Under the pieces are notes generated by a model. That model was not told the DNA's origin, searched no databases, and saw only the letters and a program-made list of their open reading frames with translations. Of a stretch of 64,000 bases of DNA, positions 1 through 11,865 are shown piece by piece. Source of the stretch: Chiloscyllium plagiosum (lineage: Eukaryota); assembly GCF_004010195.1 (NCBI RefSeq), contig NC_057728.1:46466645-46530644 (forward strand), read 5' to 3'. Made by a program: the position numbers and the translations under genes. Position 1 is the first letter of the stretch. Every line of letters begins with the position of its first letter.

Positions 1-1471
1 CTACGAATGCAGTACTGTGTCAGAGTGGGAAAATATATTAGGACGCTTGTCAATCTTTATAGCGTCTGCTTTAGAGAAATTAGTGTTGGCTGAATTTTCA
101 GAGTTATTTGGTATGGTAATTTTGAACACTGTCAACTTTCCAAATACTGAGTGATTGCTCATGGAAAATGAATAGGGAAATGTGGTCATAAATTTCTTAC
201 AAACTTAATAATGAACTTCATTTTTTTAAAAGATGAATTCTTTGCTTTGGCACCTGTACCTGGTTACACAACATTGTGAAAGTACCTGACCATTAGTGAA
301 ATTCAATAAGGCCTCTGATTCAACCCTGAAGTTGGAAAACTGGTCAGATAGTACAACAAACTGAAAGCCTTCCATCCTTCTCCACATCAGTACACAGGCA
401 CAAAGCCAGATTCAAAATTCAGTGCAAATTAGGGTTTATTTCTGATCCAAGCATTTATTAAATTAAGATTTTTAAGTAAGATTTTTAAAGAAAAGTTAAC
501 ATTAAAAAATTGAATGAATGCTTGGTCATTTATCTGGAAGATTAAATGAACAGTGACTACATCATTCTGTCTGTGAAACAAGCTTATGAAGGTGAAATTC
601 ATTTCATTGCATTTATATTTGGAATGGAAAACCAAGATGTAAAGTTCCAATGTAGGAAGACAGCCTCCAGTGACTCAGCAGTTTTGGCACAAGTTCCAAT
701 GTCATATCAGTTAAGGTGCTGCAGAGGTGCCTCATCAGCATTAGACAGTTTGAGTATCGTGTACCTACTGCTTGCCTTAGGATCAGTATTAAAAATTCAG
801 CCACCCTTTCTAAGAGAAGGTGTCCATTGCCAGATATTGGCAATAAATTCTCCTAAGCCGTAGCATCACTCTGAATTGGCAATGACTTGCTGATGGCCTT
901 CCTTTCCATTTTCCTGTAAGGACTTAGCTGGGTACTGCACTACTTCAACATTCACCATTGTATTTGCTTTGTTGGCAAGCTGCATTGGAGAATGTGCAGG
1001 TCGTGAAACTGCAGCTCACCTGATACACTTTAAAGAGGTCCAAGTCCCCCAGGCCTAGCTGTTCCCTATGCCTCGGTGATGCTTATCTGCATTCTTCGTT
1101 TTCTTTTTATACTGGGTTTCTTATTTTCCGTTATGGTCGATAGTGATTGCTACAGCACAATACTTCATTTGTTTAACATAAAACCAAGTCTGTGGGAGGT
1201 GGACCAATACAAAAGAGACAGGCTGAACCTTAACAGAGAGGCCGACTAAAGTCCTCATGAGGTGATTTGCTCGTGTTGTTGGGAAATCGTTAAACTAACT
1301 TGCCGACAGGGTGGGAACCAGGATGTACCATGAGGAATTTTGAACAAGGTGCACAAAGGATTGGGAGAACCAGCATTCCAGTCAGAAATAGTAAGCACCT
1401 ATGGAATATATGCCTATATCAACCACCATTTTGTTAGGATTAACTTGAGTATGACAGTTGTGATGATGCTT

Positions 1472-1715
1472 TGAGACACACAAAACCAGAAATTGCTGGA
1501 AAATTCTGCAGTTCACGTAGCATCTGTGGCGAGAAAACAGAGTTAATTTTTCGAGTCCAGTGACCTTTTTTCCGAAGGGTCTGGAGAAGATTCCCTAGAC
1601 TCAAGACATTAATTGTTTTGTCTCCACAGATGCTGCCAGACCTGCTGAATTTCTCCAGCAATGTCTGGTTTGTGTGTCTCAGATCTCCAACATTAGCAAT
1701 TCCTTTGTCTTATTT
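1472..1715 (+). mobile_element. Old fold-back Penelope-like mini-element with degenerate hammerhead at apex
   Basis: Arms TGAGACACACAAAACCAGAAATTGCTGGA... and ...TCCAGCAATGTCTGGTTTGTGTGTCTCA are reverse complements, followed by an unpaired tail. The right arm resembles the PLE 3' end at 58262-58355. Confidence 0.75.
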
Positions 1716-2752
1716 TGGATGGCACTCTTTCTGGTGTCATTTCAAATAACAATGTGGGTCCCCTCTAGATAACAAAAATATTAAGAGGAATCCTTTGATG
1801 TTATGTGAAGGAAGGATATTTGCTGAAGAGTATGCATTATCATTGTTACCATCTTGCTTGTATTTTATTTGAATGAGTAAGTACCGAGATTTGTCTGACA
1901 CTACATATTTTGAGACCACACTCCGCAAGTCAAGTTATAACTTAGTGTCGTTACATGTTGCAGATTGACCTTCAGCTGCACTCTGTGACAGATATGGCAC
2001 AGCCAGTTGCTGCAAAAGATTGCATGCCATTTAATTTTAAGCTGGATTTTTCCATGGTGCCACACGGAATATCAGTCATATATTTCTGTTTGTAGTGCTA
2101 TGGTGCAGAAAGGTGATCTCTATTGGATTGCTTGCAAGAATGACTCAGTTCATCACATTCTCCGTGGAAAACCTGTAGCAGCATGAAAAAGTTGTGTAAT
2201 CCTTCTCTGTAGCAAGATTCTCTAGAGTTGAAGGCATTATTGGTCGCTCTCATGTGGTCTTTATCAACAATATGATTGTTTTCAGGACAGCAAGAGCTAT
2301 TATTGCTTCACTGTTTGGAAGAGTTCATCGGTACTCCCATTAAGTACAGAAAATACGTTTGTTTGCTTTGTGGTGCAACTTGGCGTCTGGAATCATTGCT
2401 TATGAAACCCAGTCAGCCCAGTCATGGCAATTAACATTAACAGAGCTACATTAAGGTACATGGGCTGTGAGGATGATAACAAACACGTTTTAATTATCCT
2501 GAAGCAATATTTCAGATGATGTTGGCTTGTCAGGGTGCATGTTCAAAAGAGTTTTCTATCCCTCCCATCAGTTGCATTCTGCACAGCCTTGTGATGTGAC
2601 AGAGCCTAAGTATGGCGCAAATCCCTGCAGGCAGGACATAAGGACAATGTGGAACCGGTTCAAAGGGCTGAAGGGCGTACTCCTGTTCCCGTGTTCCTCT
2701 GACAGGAAAAGCTACAAAATCTATCTGCAGATGACTGGCTGTCATAGATATT

Positions 2753-3240
2753 TTGTTTTCCATACATACACATTTCAGACCAAGAGTAGGCACTCTCCCC
2801 CTTAAGCTTGCTCAGCCATTCATTAGGATCCGATTGCAAGTAGTTCTTCTGTAAAGGAACGGTTGCATCTTTTGCGACTCAGCGCTATATAAAAATTGCA
2901 AAATAAAGATAACACTTAAAGTGTTGGCAATGCAATCGTGTTTTAGCTAACACACGTTTTAAAAGTTTGCGCTTTAGAAACAGCGGCCCCTATTTGTCAA
3001 TCGCATTACAGCCAATTCGCATTGATGAAATGTGCATTGGAGCAGAAAGGCCTGTAACCTATATTCCCACCTAGCCCGGATAATCTTTCAAGCTTTTGCT
3101 TATCAACATCAATCTACTCCTGCCTTAAAAATAATCAAGGCCTCTGCTTCCACCAATTTTGGAAGAAGAGTGAATGGCTGAGCAAGCTTAAGGGGGAGAG
3201 TGCCTACTCTTGGTCTGAAATGTGTATGTATGGAAAACAA
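2753..3240. repeat. Perfect 70-bp inverted repeat (2753-2822 / 3171-3240), 348-bp spacer
   Basis: TTGTTTTCCATACATAC...CAGCCATTCA and its exact reverse complement TGAATGGCTG...GGAAAACAA. Confidence 0.95.
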
Positions 3241-3380
3241 CCCTCTGAGAGAAAATAAATAATTTGGTCAACTCTGTCATAAATGGGTGAGTCCTTTAAT
3301 TTTTACAACAGTTATCCCTAGTTCTAGATTCTTCCAAAATGAAACATCCTTTCCACATGCACCCTGTCAAGCCCCCTCAG
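2760..3380 (-). mobile_element. Old CR1 LINE 3' fragment, interrupted by a MITE and an inverted duplication
   Basis: Minus-strand CR1 3' motifs (GCCTCTGCTTCCACC, CCCTCTGAGAGAAAA, CCCTAGTTCTAGATT). The element continues at ~3780-3940 and ~4165-4280. Confidence 0.6.
2838..3056. mobile_element. Probable Tc1/mariner-type MITE remnant
   Basis: CpG-richer ~220-bp insert splitting a CR1 tail. It has degenerate inverted ends CAAGTAGTTCTTCTGTAA / GGAGCAGAAAGGCCTG followed by TA. Confidence 0.4.
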
Positions 3381-3384
3381 ATTT

Positions 3385-3720
3385 TCTTTTATTTCTATAT
3401 GCATTGATGTGGCTATTACTGGCTCAGCCATCCCTAATTGCTCATCGGACAGTTCAGTGTCCACCACATCCTTGTGACTCTGAATCCACATTTAAGCCAG
3501 ACCAGATATGGATGGCAGATGTCATCCCTAAAGTACCTTAGGGAGCTGTTGGGTGTTTACAACAATCAACAGTGATTACAATCAGGCTCATTATTATTTT
3601 AATTCCAGATTTTTATTCAGTGCAAGTTTTATCATCTGTGATGGTGGGACTTGATCTGATATCATTAGATCATTTTCCTAGGGATCTGAATTATTAGCCT
3701 AAAGACAATGCTACCTCAAC
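3385..3720 (-). mobile_element. tRNA-derived SINE family B (degraded)
   Basis: Similar in antisense to 25675-26020 (CCAGACCAG...GGCAGAT, TAATTCCAGATTTTTATT, ATGGTGGGACTTGA). Confidence 0.65.
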
Positions 3721-3948
3721 CCTTAATGTTTACTTTAAGCAAGTTGCACCGAACACTTTGCAACCCTAATGGGTGCAAGCTGAGCCTGTCCAACCTTTTA
3801 CTCATATGAGAACACACTTGCTCCAGGTATTAATGCAGCAAAACCTCTCCAAATTGTTTCCAAAACATTACTATCCTCCCTTAAATAGAATAACCAGTAC
3901 TGCACACAGTTCTCCAAGTATGATGTCACTTATACTCGGTGTAATCAA

Positions 3949-4154
3949 GATGTGGAGATGCCGGTGTTGGACTGGGTGGGCAAGGCCAGAAATCAGACGA
4001 CACCAGGTTATAGTCAAACAGGTTTATTTGAAATCACAAGCTTTTGGAGCACTGCTCCTTTATCAAATGAACTGATGAAGGGGCAATGCTCAAAAAGTTT
4101 GTGATTTCAAATAAACCTGTTGGACGATACACTGGTGTTGTCGATTTCTGACCT
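3949..4154 (-). mobile_element. Fold-back Penelope-like mini-element with 10-bp TSD
   Basis: TSD GTGTAATCAA at 3939-3948 and 4155-4164. Arms are ~3983-4064 / 4073-4154, and CTGATGA at 4072-4078 lies at the apex. Confidence 0.85.
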
Positions 4155-5284
4155 GTGTAATCAAAGCATGACTTTGCTACTTTTGTACTCAGTTTCACTC
4201 ATGATAAAAGACAACATTCTATTAGCTTTCCTAATTGCTTGTGGAACTTGCATACTAGCCTTCCATGATTCATGCACTGACGTCAAACACTAAATCCAAA
4301 CATAGCCTCACTTTCATTGATGCAGACCATATTCCTTTTCTAACTCTACATGAGGGGCACTAAATATGTACAGTCAAACTGTTGTATAATCAAATGTTAA
4401 TGCCCTAAATTTGACAAGTATGTGTGCAGGTCAGGTTTAGCATCCCAGTGCTTACTTTATTCTCTTGTTTGCTCTTGTTGTCATAGTAGCCCAGGTAACT
4501 TTTCCTGCACTATGCATTGAAAAGGTTCCTTTGGTGTTGTGTCTTAATAGGAGACTCCTGAGGTTGAGATGAGCCAATGCAAGGTGACCCAAACTTGACT
4601 CTGTCAATTTAGCAGTTGCTAATTCTCTGCGTATTATAGACAGAGGTTGAAGTTGGAAATTTGAAATTGACCGAGAAACAGAAGGCTTGAGTAATTGCTT
4701 CGGTCCTTCATGGGTGTGATATGCATGTATCAGGTCACTATTTTGTGGTGGAAGAATGTTTGTAGCATTGTATCCTTTTCTTCATGTGACAGAAGGAAAA
4801 GTTGTAAGTTTAAAATGTTGCTTTGTAGCAGAATGTCAGACCCAGAAAACCTTCATAGGAAAGTGGAAGGAGTTAACATTTTAGAGAAGAAATCAATAGT
4901 TTACACCTGATAAATTCTCTCCAATACCACTCAACAATAACATTCCTGTAAATGTTAGACAGGCAGAACCACTGTCTACATGTTATTTCTATGCTTCCTG
5001 TATGGTGACCACGCACTGAATCACACACATGTCCACAAACAGGAGCAAGCATAATTTTTAATAAAGGCACATTCATCCATCGCTGAGGCAATTATGATGA
5101 GATATTATTGTTGGTAAGTTTATTATCTAAACACCAAATGAACTTGAATCAAAATCATTTCCATATCATGCTAATGGAACCTTAAATTCATGAAAAAAAG
5201 ACTAGTGAGTCTGTTAAATTAAAAAAGATTAATAATTAATCACATGATGACAATACTGACAATTTTGTCCCTCTCAACTGTCCT

Positions 5285-5710
5285 CAGTATCAGCTTGGTT
5301 AAATAGTTGCTTTCTCTTCACTCAGTTATACAGCTGTAGGAACAGCCTTTCCTAGACCACACCATGACTGATCATATATTATAGGCTAACGTTTCAGTAG
5401 AATATTAAAATAGAGCCTACTGCGACAAAAACACAGCTTCCAAACGAAACATGTTCCTGACATTCCTTCTTAAAGAGTCTGCAAAAGATGCTGCGATTGT
5501 TTGAAGAAGAACGAAAGGGTCCTCCCTCCTGCATATTGGAAAACCTCTACTACTTTCTCCAAAGCAAATTACCTAATTTTTTATTTTGCTTGTTGCTTGG
5601 TGAGAAATTGCCATGCGCACATTGATTTAACTGAAAAAGTAATTGCTTGGCTGTGAAATACTTTGGGCAGCCTGTGGATGTGAAAGGTGCTATATAAATA
5701 TTGCTTGTGG
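5285..5710 (+). mobile_element. Ancient DeuSINE-like SINE
   Basis: The tail TTGGCTGTGAAATACTTTGGG...GTGAAAGGTGCTATATAAAT and the central AAAAGATG...TTTGAAGAAGA match the Deu/AmnSINE1-type pattern as I recall it. Confidence 0.55.
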
Positions 5711-6479
5711 CTTTCTATCAAAACAGTGAGACCAGTTAACTGTTTGCTTCATAATTTTGATACCAGCGCCAGCTCCCCTCCACCCTGACCATCTTCCTAG
5801 TTGCTGTGAATCACTCAACTGTTATCTTGCCAGCTCCAAGGGGTTCCTTTCTACTGTTGCTCACAATTCCTACTAATGCTGGAGGATGGGGAGGAGTATG
5901 GGTTCAGCAGCAAAAACATTAGTGATGCTACGGAGATGCTCTCAGTAGGAGCAGATCGAATTGTATCAGATACAGTGTTAGCAGAGAGAATTGTCTCTAT
6001 GAAATGGCTGCAGTAGCAACTTTCCGCTTGGGAGATCTGGGCAGTATGATAATTTGATAAATGGCCACAACTAATGTTGTATATCTCAGATCTCCTCCTG
6101 TGAGGCTGTCACCACTGGACTGCTAGACTCCTGACAGAGAGAGGTTTTTGGCACTGACAGGAAAATTTCACCCAATAGCTGGAGTAGGAGGTGAATGTTG
6201 TTGTATAAGATAAAGGGAAAAGAAACAAAAGTGGAATGCGCAAATGGTAGTTAATCCAATTTCACCAGGTTTACATTGCCAACAAAACTGAAAATCCCAG
6301 CAATAACTTGATTTACGTTTTCAACATAACCATTGGGTCAACATTGATCTCTTTTGTTCAGTTCATCTTATAGGCAACCATTCACACATCTGCAGACATA
6401 ATTTCCTGTTGCATTTCTTGATAGGCTTGGAAATTAATTCATTGGATGGGGTTTCTCTTTGTTGGTTAACATCACAACT

Positions 6480-7437
6480 ACTTAAGAAAGGTGCTAAGGC
6501 AAAGCCAGGGAAGTATACACCGGTGAGCCTGACGTTGGTGGTGGGCAGGTTGTTGGAGGGAATCCTGAGGGAGAGGATTTACATATATTTGGAAAGGCAA
6601 GGACTGATTAGCTAGATAGATTAGTAAACAAGGCGTTTGGTTTGCTTGCCTTTATTGGTCAGTGCATTGAGTATAGGAGTTGGGAGGTCATGCTGCAGCT
6701 GTACAGGACATTGATTAGGCCACTTTCAGAATATTGCCTGCAATTCTGGTCTCCCTTCTATGGGAAGGATGTTATAAAGCTTGAAAAGGTTCAGAAAAGA
6801 TTTAAAAAGATGTTGCCAATGTCAGAGAGTTTGAGCTGTAGGGAGATGCTGAATAGATCGGGCCTATTATGTCCGGAGCATTGGAGGCTGAGGGGTGACC
6901 TTATAGAGATTTATAAGATCATGTGGGGCATGAATAGGGTAAATAGACAGTTCTTTTCCGCAGAACAGGGGTGGGAGGGTCCAAAACTAGAGAGCATAGA
7001 TTTATGGTGAGAGGGGAAAGATTTAAAAGATACCTAAGGGGCAACATTTTCATGCAGGTGATGGTGTGTTTATGGAATGAGCTGCCAGAGGAAGTAATGA
7101 AGGCTGTTACAATTAAAATGCATCTAGATGGGTATATGAATAGTAAGGATTTAGAAGGATATGGGCCAAATGCTGGCAAATGGAATTAGATTTACATAGA
7201 AACCTCGATTGTCCAAATATCGGATTATCTGGCAAGATTGCAAGGTCCATTGCTTGGCTAAACAATGTTATCCGGCATTCAATTATCTGGCATTTGATTA
7301 ACCAAATGAAATACTCCCCACCGTGTCCTTCGGATAATCGAGGTTCCTCTGTACTTAGCACCCCTGGTCAGCATGGACGGGTTGGACCAAAGGGTCTGTT
7401 TCCATGCTGCACATCTCTATGACTCTGTGACTCTATG
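6480..7437 (+). mobile_element. CR1 (HER1-type) LINE, internally deleted RT plus 3' end
   Basis: KPGKYTPVSLTLVVGRLLE is joined at ~6612 to LYRTLIRPLSEYCLQFWSP...RLRGDLIEIYKIM. The tail is GGGTCTGTTTCCATGCTG...(GACTCTAT)n. Confidence 0.92.
7195..7351. mobile_element. Tc1/mariner (Tigger/pogo-type) MITE, 157 bp, TA target duplication
   Basis: 23-bp TIRs CATAGAAACCTCGATTGTCCAAA vs reverse-complement end CAGAGGAACCTCGATTATCCGAA (19/23). TA at 7193-7194 and 7352-7353. It splits a CR1 3' UTR. Confidence 0.85.
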
Positions 7438-8217
7438 ATGAAGTATAGGAAGGTAAATTGAGATTCCACGTCTCTTCACCCTGGCATAATGTTGCTTTCC
7501 AAACTGAGAACATCTATTTAGTCATATTCAGTGATTTGTAACTCTCATCCATCCTTTTGATCTGTACCGACACCTATCTTATTACCTCGGGTCTCTGGAG
7601 CTGTCTCTTATGCTGTTCTTGAATTCCAAATGTATCAATGTCACTGCACTTCCTTACCTGTCTGAAATTTCCTTTAAAGAATTAGTTATGGTTGGCAAAA
7701 AAAGCCTGCCCTTTATTATCTCATCCTGATTGTTCCCACCCCAAACCCTAACCCCATCCCTTGTAGCTCACTAATCTTTTCCCTGTTACACTTTCTTACA
7801 GTTTTCCTATTTTTATAAATAAGCTTGTATTCTTGGAGCTGATAAGTTAACCAGCAGCAGTCCAGTGGATGTAAATGTTTGTTTCATAAAACTCTCCCAG
7901 GAGGGACTTTCGACTCAACTGTATTCAAATGTAATTGCCATAGATTTTTAAAAGGCATTTGATAAGATTTCACAAATGTGAAGCTCAGATTAACTCAATT
8001 GTTTAAAACCTGTCTTGGTTATGGGAACTAGAAGGAGCCAGACTATATATCACATACGGTAAGCTTTTAAAGGGACAATCAGCATGGATTTCTAAACTGC
8101 AGCTGTTTCTTTACCATTATAACCAATTGTTTGAAGGAAATTGCTAAAAAAAAAGGAAATCATTGATTTTGGTTAGTTTGTAAAATTCTGACCTTTGCTG
8201 TCAGAGTGATCACTTTT

Positions 8218-8523
8218 TAGAATCCCTACAGTGTGGAAACAGGTCCTTTGGCCCAATAAGTCCACACTGACCCTCCGAAGGGTATCCCATCCAGATCCAT
8301 TACCCTACATTTACCCCTGACTAGTGCACCTAACCTACACATCCCTGAACACAATAGGCAATTCAACATGGCCAATTCACCTAACATACACATCTTTAGA
8401 CTGTGGGAGGAAACCAGAGCAGATCCACAGAGAATGTGTAAACTCCACACATCTGAGGCTGGAATCAAACCCTGGTACTTGGTGCTGTGAGGCAGCAGTG
8501 CCAACCACTGAGCTACCATGCCA
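8218..8523 (-). mobile_element. HE1-type tRNA-derived SINE
   Basis: Minus-strand head GGCATGGTAGCTCAGTGGTTGGCACTGCTGCCTCACAGC...GGTTTGATTCC (A/B boxes) and CR1-like tail CCTGTTTCCACACTGTAGGGATTCTA. Confidence 0.9.
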
Positions 8524-9094
8524 TAGTTAGAGTTTATTAATGACTCAGTCTTAAGGTACTTCCTAATGAACCTGTGAGCTGCTATTATGTACCTCTAAAT
8601 GATGGAGCTTAAAGCCAGAGCTCCTGGCTCAGAGATAGGGCAACCATCACTTTGCCACAAAAGCTCCATAATCAAAAGTCTTTTCCTTAGATTGTACTTG
8701 GCAATTGAACGCAATGCAATTGTGTTATTCTTTTCGGTGATTCACTAAACCAAGCAGTTGCCTAAGTCCTGGTATTATTTAACAAATAAAAGATCTTGTT
8801 TTATTTTTATCCAGCCCAATCAGATGAAGTGACTATTTAATTGCTTGCAGGATATTGCTGTGAATTAAATGACTGCATGTTGCCTGCATAACTTCCCTTA
8901 ACTGCACTTCAAATTAATTCATTGTTTACGAAGTGTTTTGGAATATTTCTAGAAGAGATCTTTTTCTCAAATATATTAAGGATATGAGATAGGCTGCTAT
9001 TTAGGATGTTTCACTGAAAAGAATTGAAAAACCTGCTTGAAAATTTAATTGAAGATTAATATTACAGACTTAGAGATGATATGTTCTATGGTGC

Positions 9095-9296
9095 TGTAAT
9101 GTTCATGTTAGCTTGGTTGGTTGGATGGCTGGTTTGTGATGCAGTGTTAATGCCAACAGCATGGATCAATTCCCAACCTGGCTGAGGATGTCATGAAGGA
9201 CTCTCTGTTTGCCTGAAGCGTGGTGACCCACAGTTTATACCACCATTCATCATCTCTCCCTAATGAGAGAGCAGGACTATGGTGACTTTATCTTTA
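9095..9296 (+). mobile_element. Short tRNA-derived SINE, third family
   Basis: A-box-like TTAGCTTGGTTGG, degenerate B-box GGATCAATTCC, tail GGACTATGGTGACTTTATCTTT. Confidence 0.5.
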
Positions 9297-9384
9297 TATT
9301 GCTGACACACATGGGAGGCCAGTGTTTGTGCAGGACAGTAAATCAGTTTGAACAGCTGAGAGGTAAAACTGGATAATAATTTGA

Positions 9385-9815
9385 AGCAAAAGAAGAAAGT
9401 GCTAGAGATACTTGAGCAGGTCTAGCAGCATCTATGGAGAGAAATAGAGCTAATTGAGTGGAATATAACCATTATTCAGAAGTGATGAAATGTGATGTTC
9501 TTTGTATTCATTCAGAGGATGTGGGTGTTGCTGGCTGGGCCAGCATTTATTGCCCATTCACAATTGTCCTGGAAAAAGTGGTGAAGGTGAGTCCCCTTTT
9601 TGAACTGCTACAGTCCTTAGGGCATAGGATTACTCACAATTCTATGAAGAAAGGAATTCCAGGATTTTGACCAATAATGATGGAGGACTGATTTCAAAAT
9701 TGTTGAAGTCAGTGTTGAATTCAGAAAGCTGTAAAGTGATCAGAAATGAGGTGCTTTCCTCCAGTTTGCATTGAGTTCACTGGAACACTGCAACAGGCTG
9801 AAGAGAGAAATGCAT
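9385..9815 (-). mobile_element. Penelope-like remnant interrupted by a LINE-B tail (~9505-9695)
   Basis: 9695-9815 is antisense-similar to the GIY-YIG C-terminal region at 57880-58005. 9385-9480 resembles the PLE 3' end. Confidence 0.55.
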
Positions 9816-10859
9816 GTTTAGTTCCAGGAGGGAGAGCAAGGGTGGGCGAGAAATGCAGGAAATGGGTCACCATGTTTGATGGCCCTATCAACCACCCTGG
9901 GGAGAATCGTCAAATGAAGAAAAGGAAATGCCAAAAACATTGTGCTGAAAGGCCAGGTCTGATCGAGATATAAGAAGCATGATATGAGGAGGATAATATT
10001 TTGCATTTTGCCTTCTTTAATTTTTTGGATTAAGGCGGACTAATGTGAAGCTTTTCTGCAGTACATTAGATAGGTACAGTAGAGCCCATGCTAGAATAGA
10101 CAATACATAGTCTGTGGAGCAGGATTGGTAAATCAAATTGCCTTTCATCAATCCATTTTTTTTAATGTTCTTGCCTAGATACAGAACATGAACAACTCAG
10201 AGCCCTAAGGGTGCAGGAGGAGGACGAGTATTAGTAATCTGCTCAGTTTGCAAGTGCAATATTAATCTTGTTGGCATCGACAGAATCTCATGATCCAGAT
10301 AGACATATGATTAAGATAAATATTTTTAATATAATTGTAAAGTGGCTAAAATTAAACCCAGAATCTGTGCAACCAATAAATTTATTATCAATTCTATTCC
10401 TTTATGTATAAAATGACCAGTATCTGCTTCAAGAGTTAACCTACTTCAAGGGTTACATTTTATATTGTATTTCAAATAATGTTTCAAAATTTTCAGTTAC
10501 TTCTAAATACTGTATACATAAAACAGACAATGAAATAATTAGATTGATTGCATTTTTGTTTAATCTCTGTGAAGGTAAGAGTTTAAATACTTTATAAAAA
10601 TTGCTGTTTCTGTGCCCTAAGACATCTGGTCAAAACGTTGCAGTGTATTTATGAAATTTCCTTGCTAGTGCCATTATGCTTTAATTATTGAATCTTATTA
10701 TTCCTATTGCCATGGTGACAGACTATGCCTTCCTACTCTGTTTCAGCTTCCAGATAGAAAATCTCTACGCTCTATATATAGTGACATATAGCAGCTACAA
10801 CATGCATTTGGCTACATTTTGGCAGAGAATCATTTCTAGAATTAACCTTAGATATTACA

Positions 10860-11865
10860 GTGCAGAAACAGAATATTTGATTCTTCAAGCCTTCCATTTC
10901 TCCACGAGGGCAAACCAGTTTGTGCCACATCACTTTTTTCTCAAAACCTTGCCACTCTTCAGACAATTATCCAATTCCTTTTGGAAGACATAGTTGAATT
11001 TGCCTCCACTCACTCTCTGACTGTGCATTCCACATCCTAACCACTCATCTATAAGGAAATTCTCATATCACTTTTTTCACATGATAAAAGGGATGAGATG
11101 AGACTGAAGGAACTTGAGATGAGACTTGACAGAGTTGTGAAAAGTTGTGAGGAACCTTAACAGCGCAGATAGAAAAGAGGGTCAAGAAGCACGCAACACT
11201 AATTTAAGATGAATGACAAAAAACTGAAGACAGCATGAGGAAAACCTTTTTTGTAATTCAGTGAGTCATCAGAATCTGGAATACACTGCCTGTAATTGTG
11301 ATGCAGACAGATTCAATCATGACATTCAAATGAGAATTAGATAGCTATTTAAAAAAGAATAATATGTAGAGAAACAGGAAGAATGAAGGAGAATGGCATT
11401 ATGTGAGATGCTCATTTGGAGAGCTGGTGCAGCCACAGTAGGCTGAATGGCCTCCTTCTGCATTGTAACAACTTTGTGAATATGAATAGTTCCAGCTTCT
11501 CTAATCTGTTCATTTCACTGAAGTGCCCCATCGCTGGAACCATACTTGTTAATCCTTTCTGCACTGTCTCCAATGCCTTCATATCCTTCCTGGAGTATAG
11601 TGGCCAGAATTGGAAATAATATTCCAGCTGACTCTGAACCAGTGTTTTCTAAATGTTCACCGTATCTTTGTTCCTTAGCATGCTATGCCTCTGTTTACAA
11701 AGTCTTGGATTCTGCATGCCTTTATAGTAACGTTCTGAACCTGCCCTGCCACCTTCAACATATGTGCGTATACATCTTAAGGTCTCAGTGCTCCTCCACT
11801 CTTTTAATAGCTATATGCATTATCTTATATTGTTTTTGCATATGCATCTTGCCTAAATGTATCAA
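10860..11865. mobile_element. Old CR1 (-) fragment split by an old CR1 (+) 3' fragment at ~11080-11480
   Basis: The + piece has ATCTGGAATACACTGCCTG...GGCTGAATGGCCTCCTTCTG. The - piece has CTGGAACCATACTTGTTAATC...GGCCAGAATTGG. Confidence 0.65.

Noticed and set aside
546..863. 105-aa ORF in unique sequence
   Set aside because: No recognisable domain or splice support, and the length is within chance expectation.
2286..2335. DSKSYYC peptide after TTTTCAG resembling an Ig V-domain motif
   Set aside because: No upstream Cys/Trp framework and no recombination signal sequence; likely chance.
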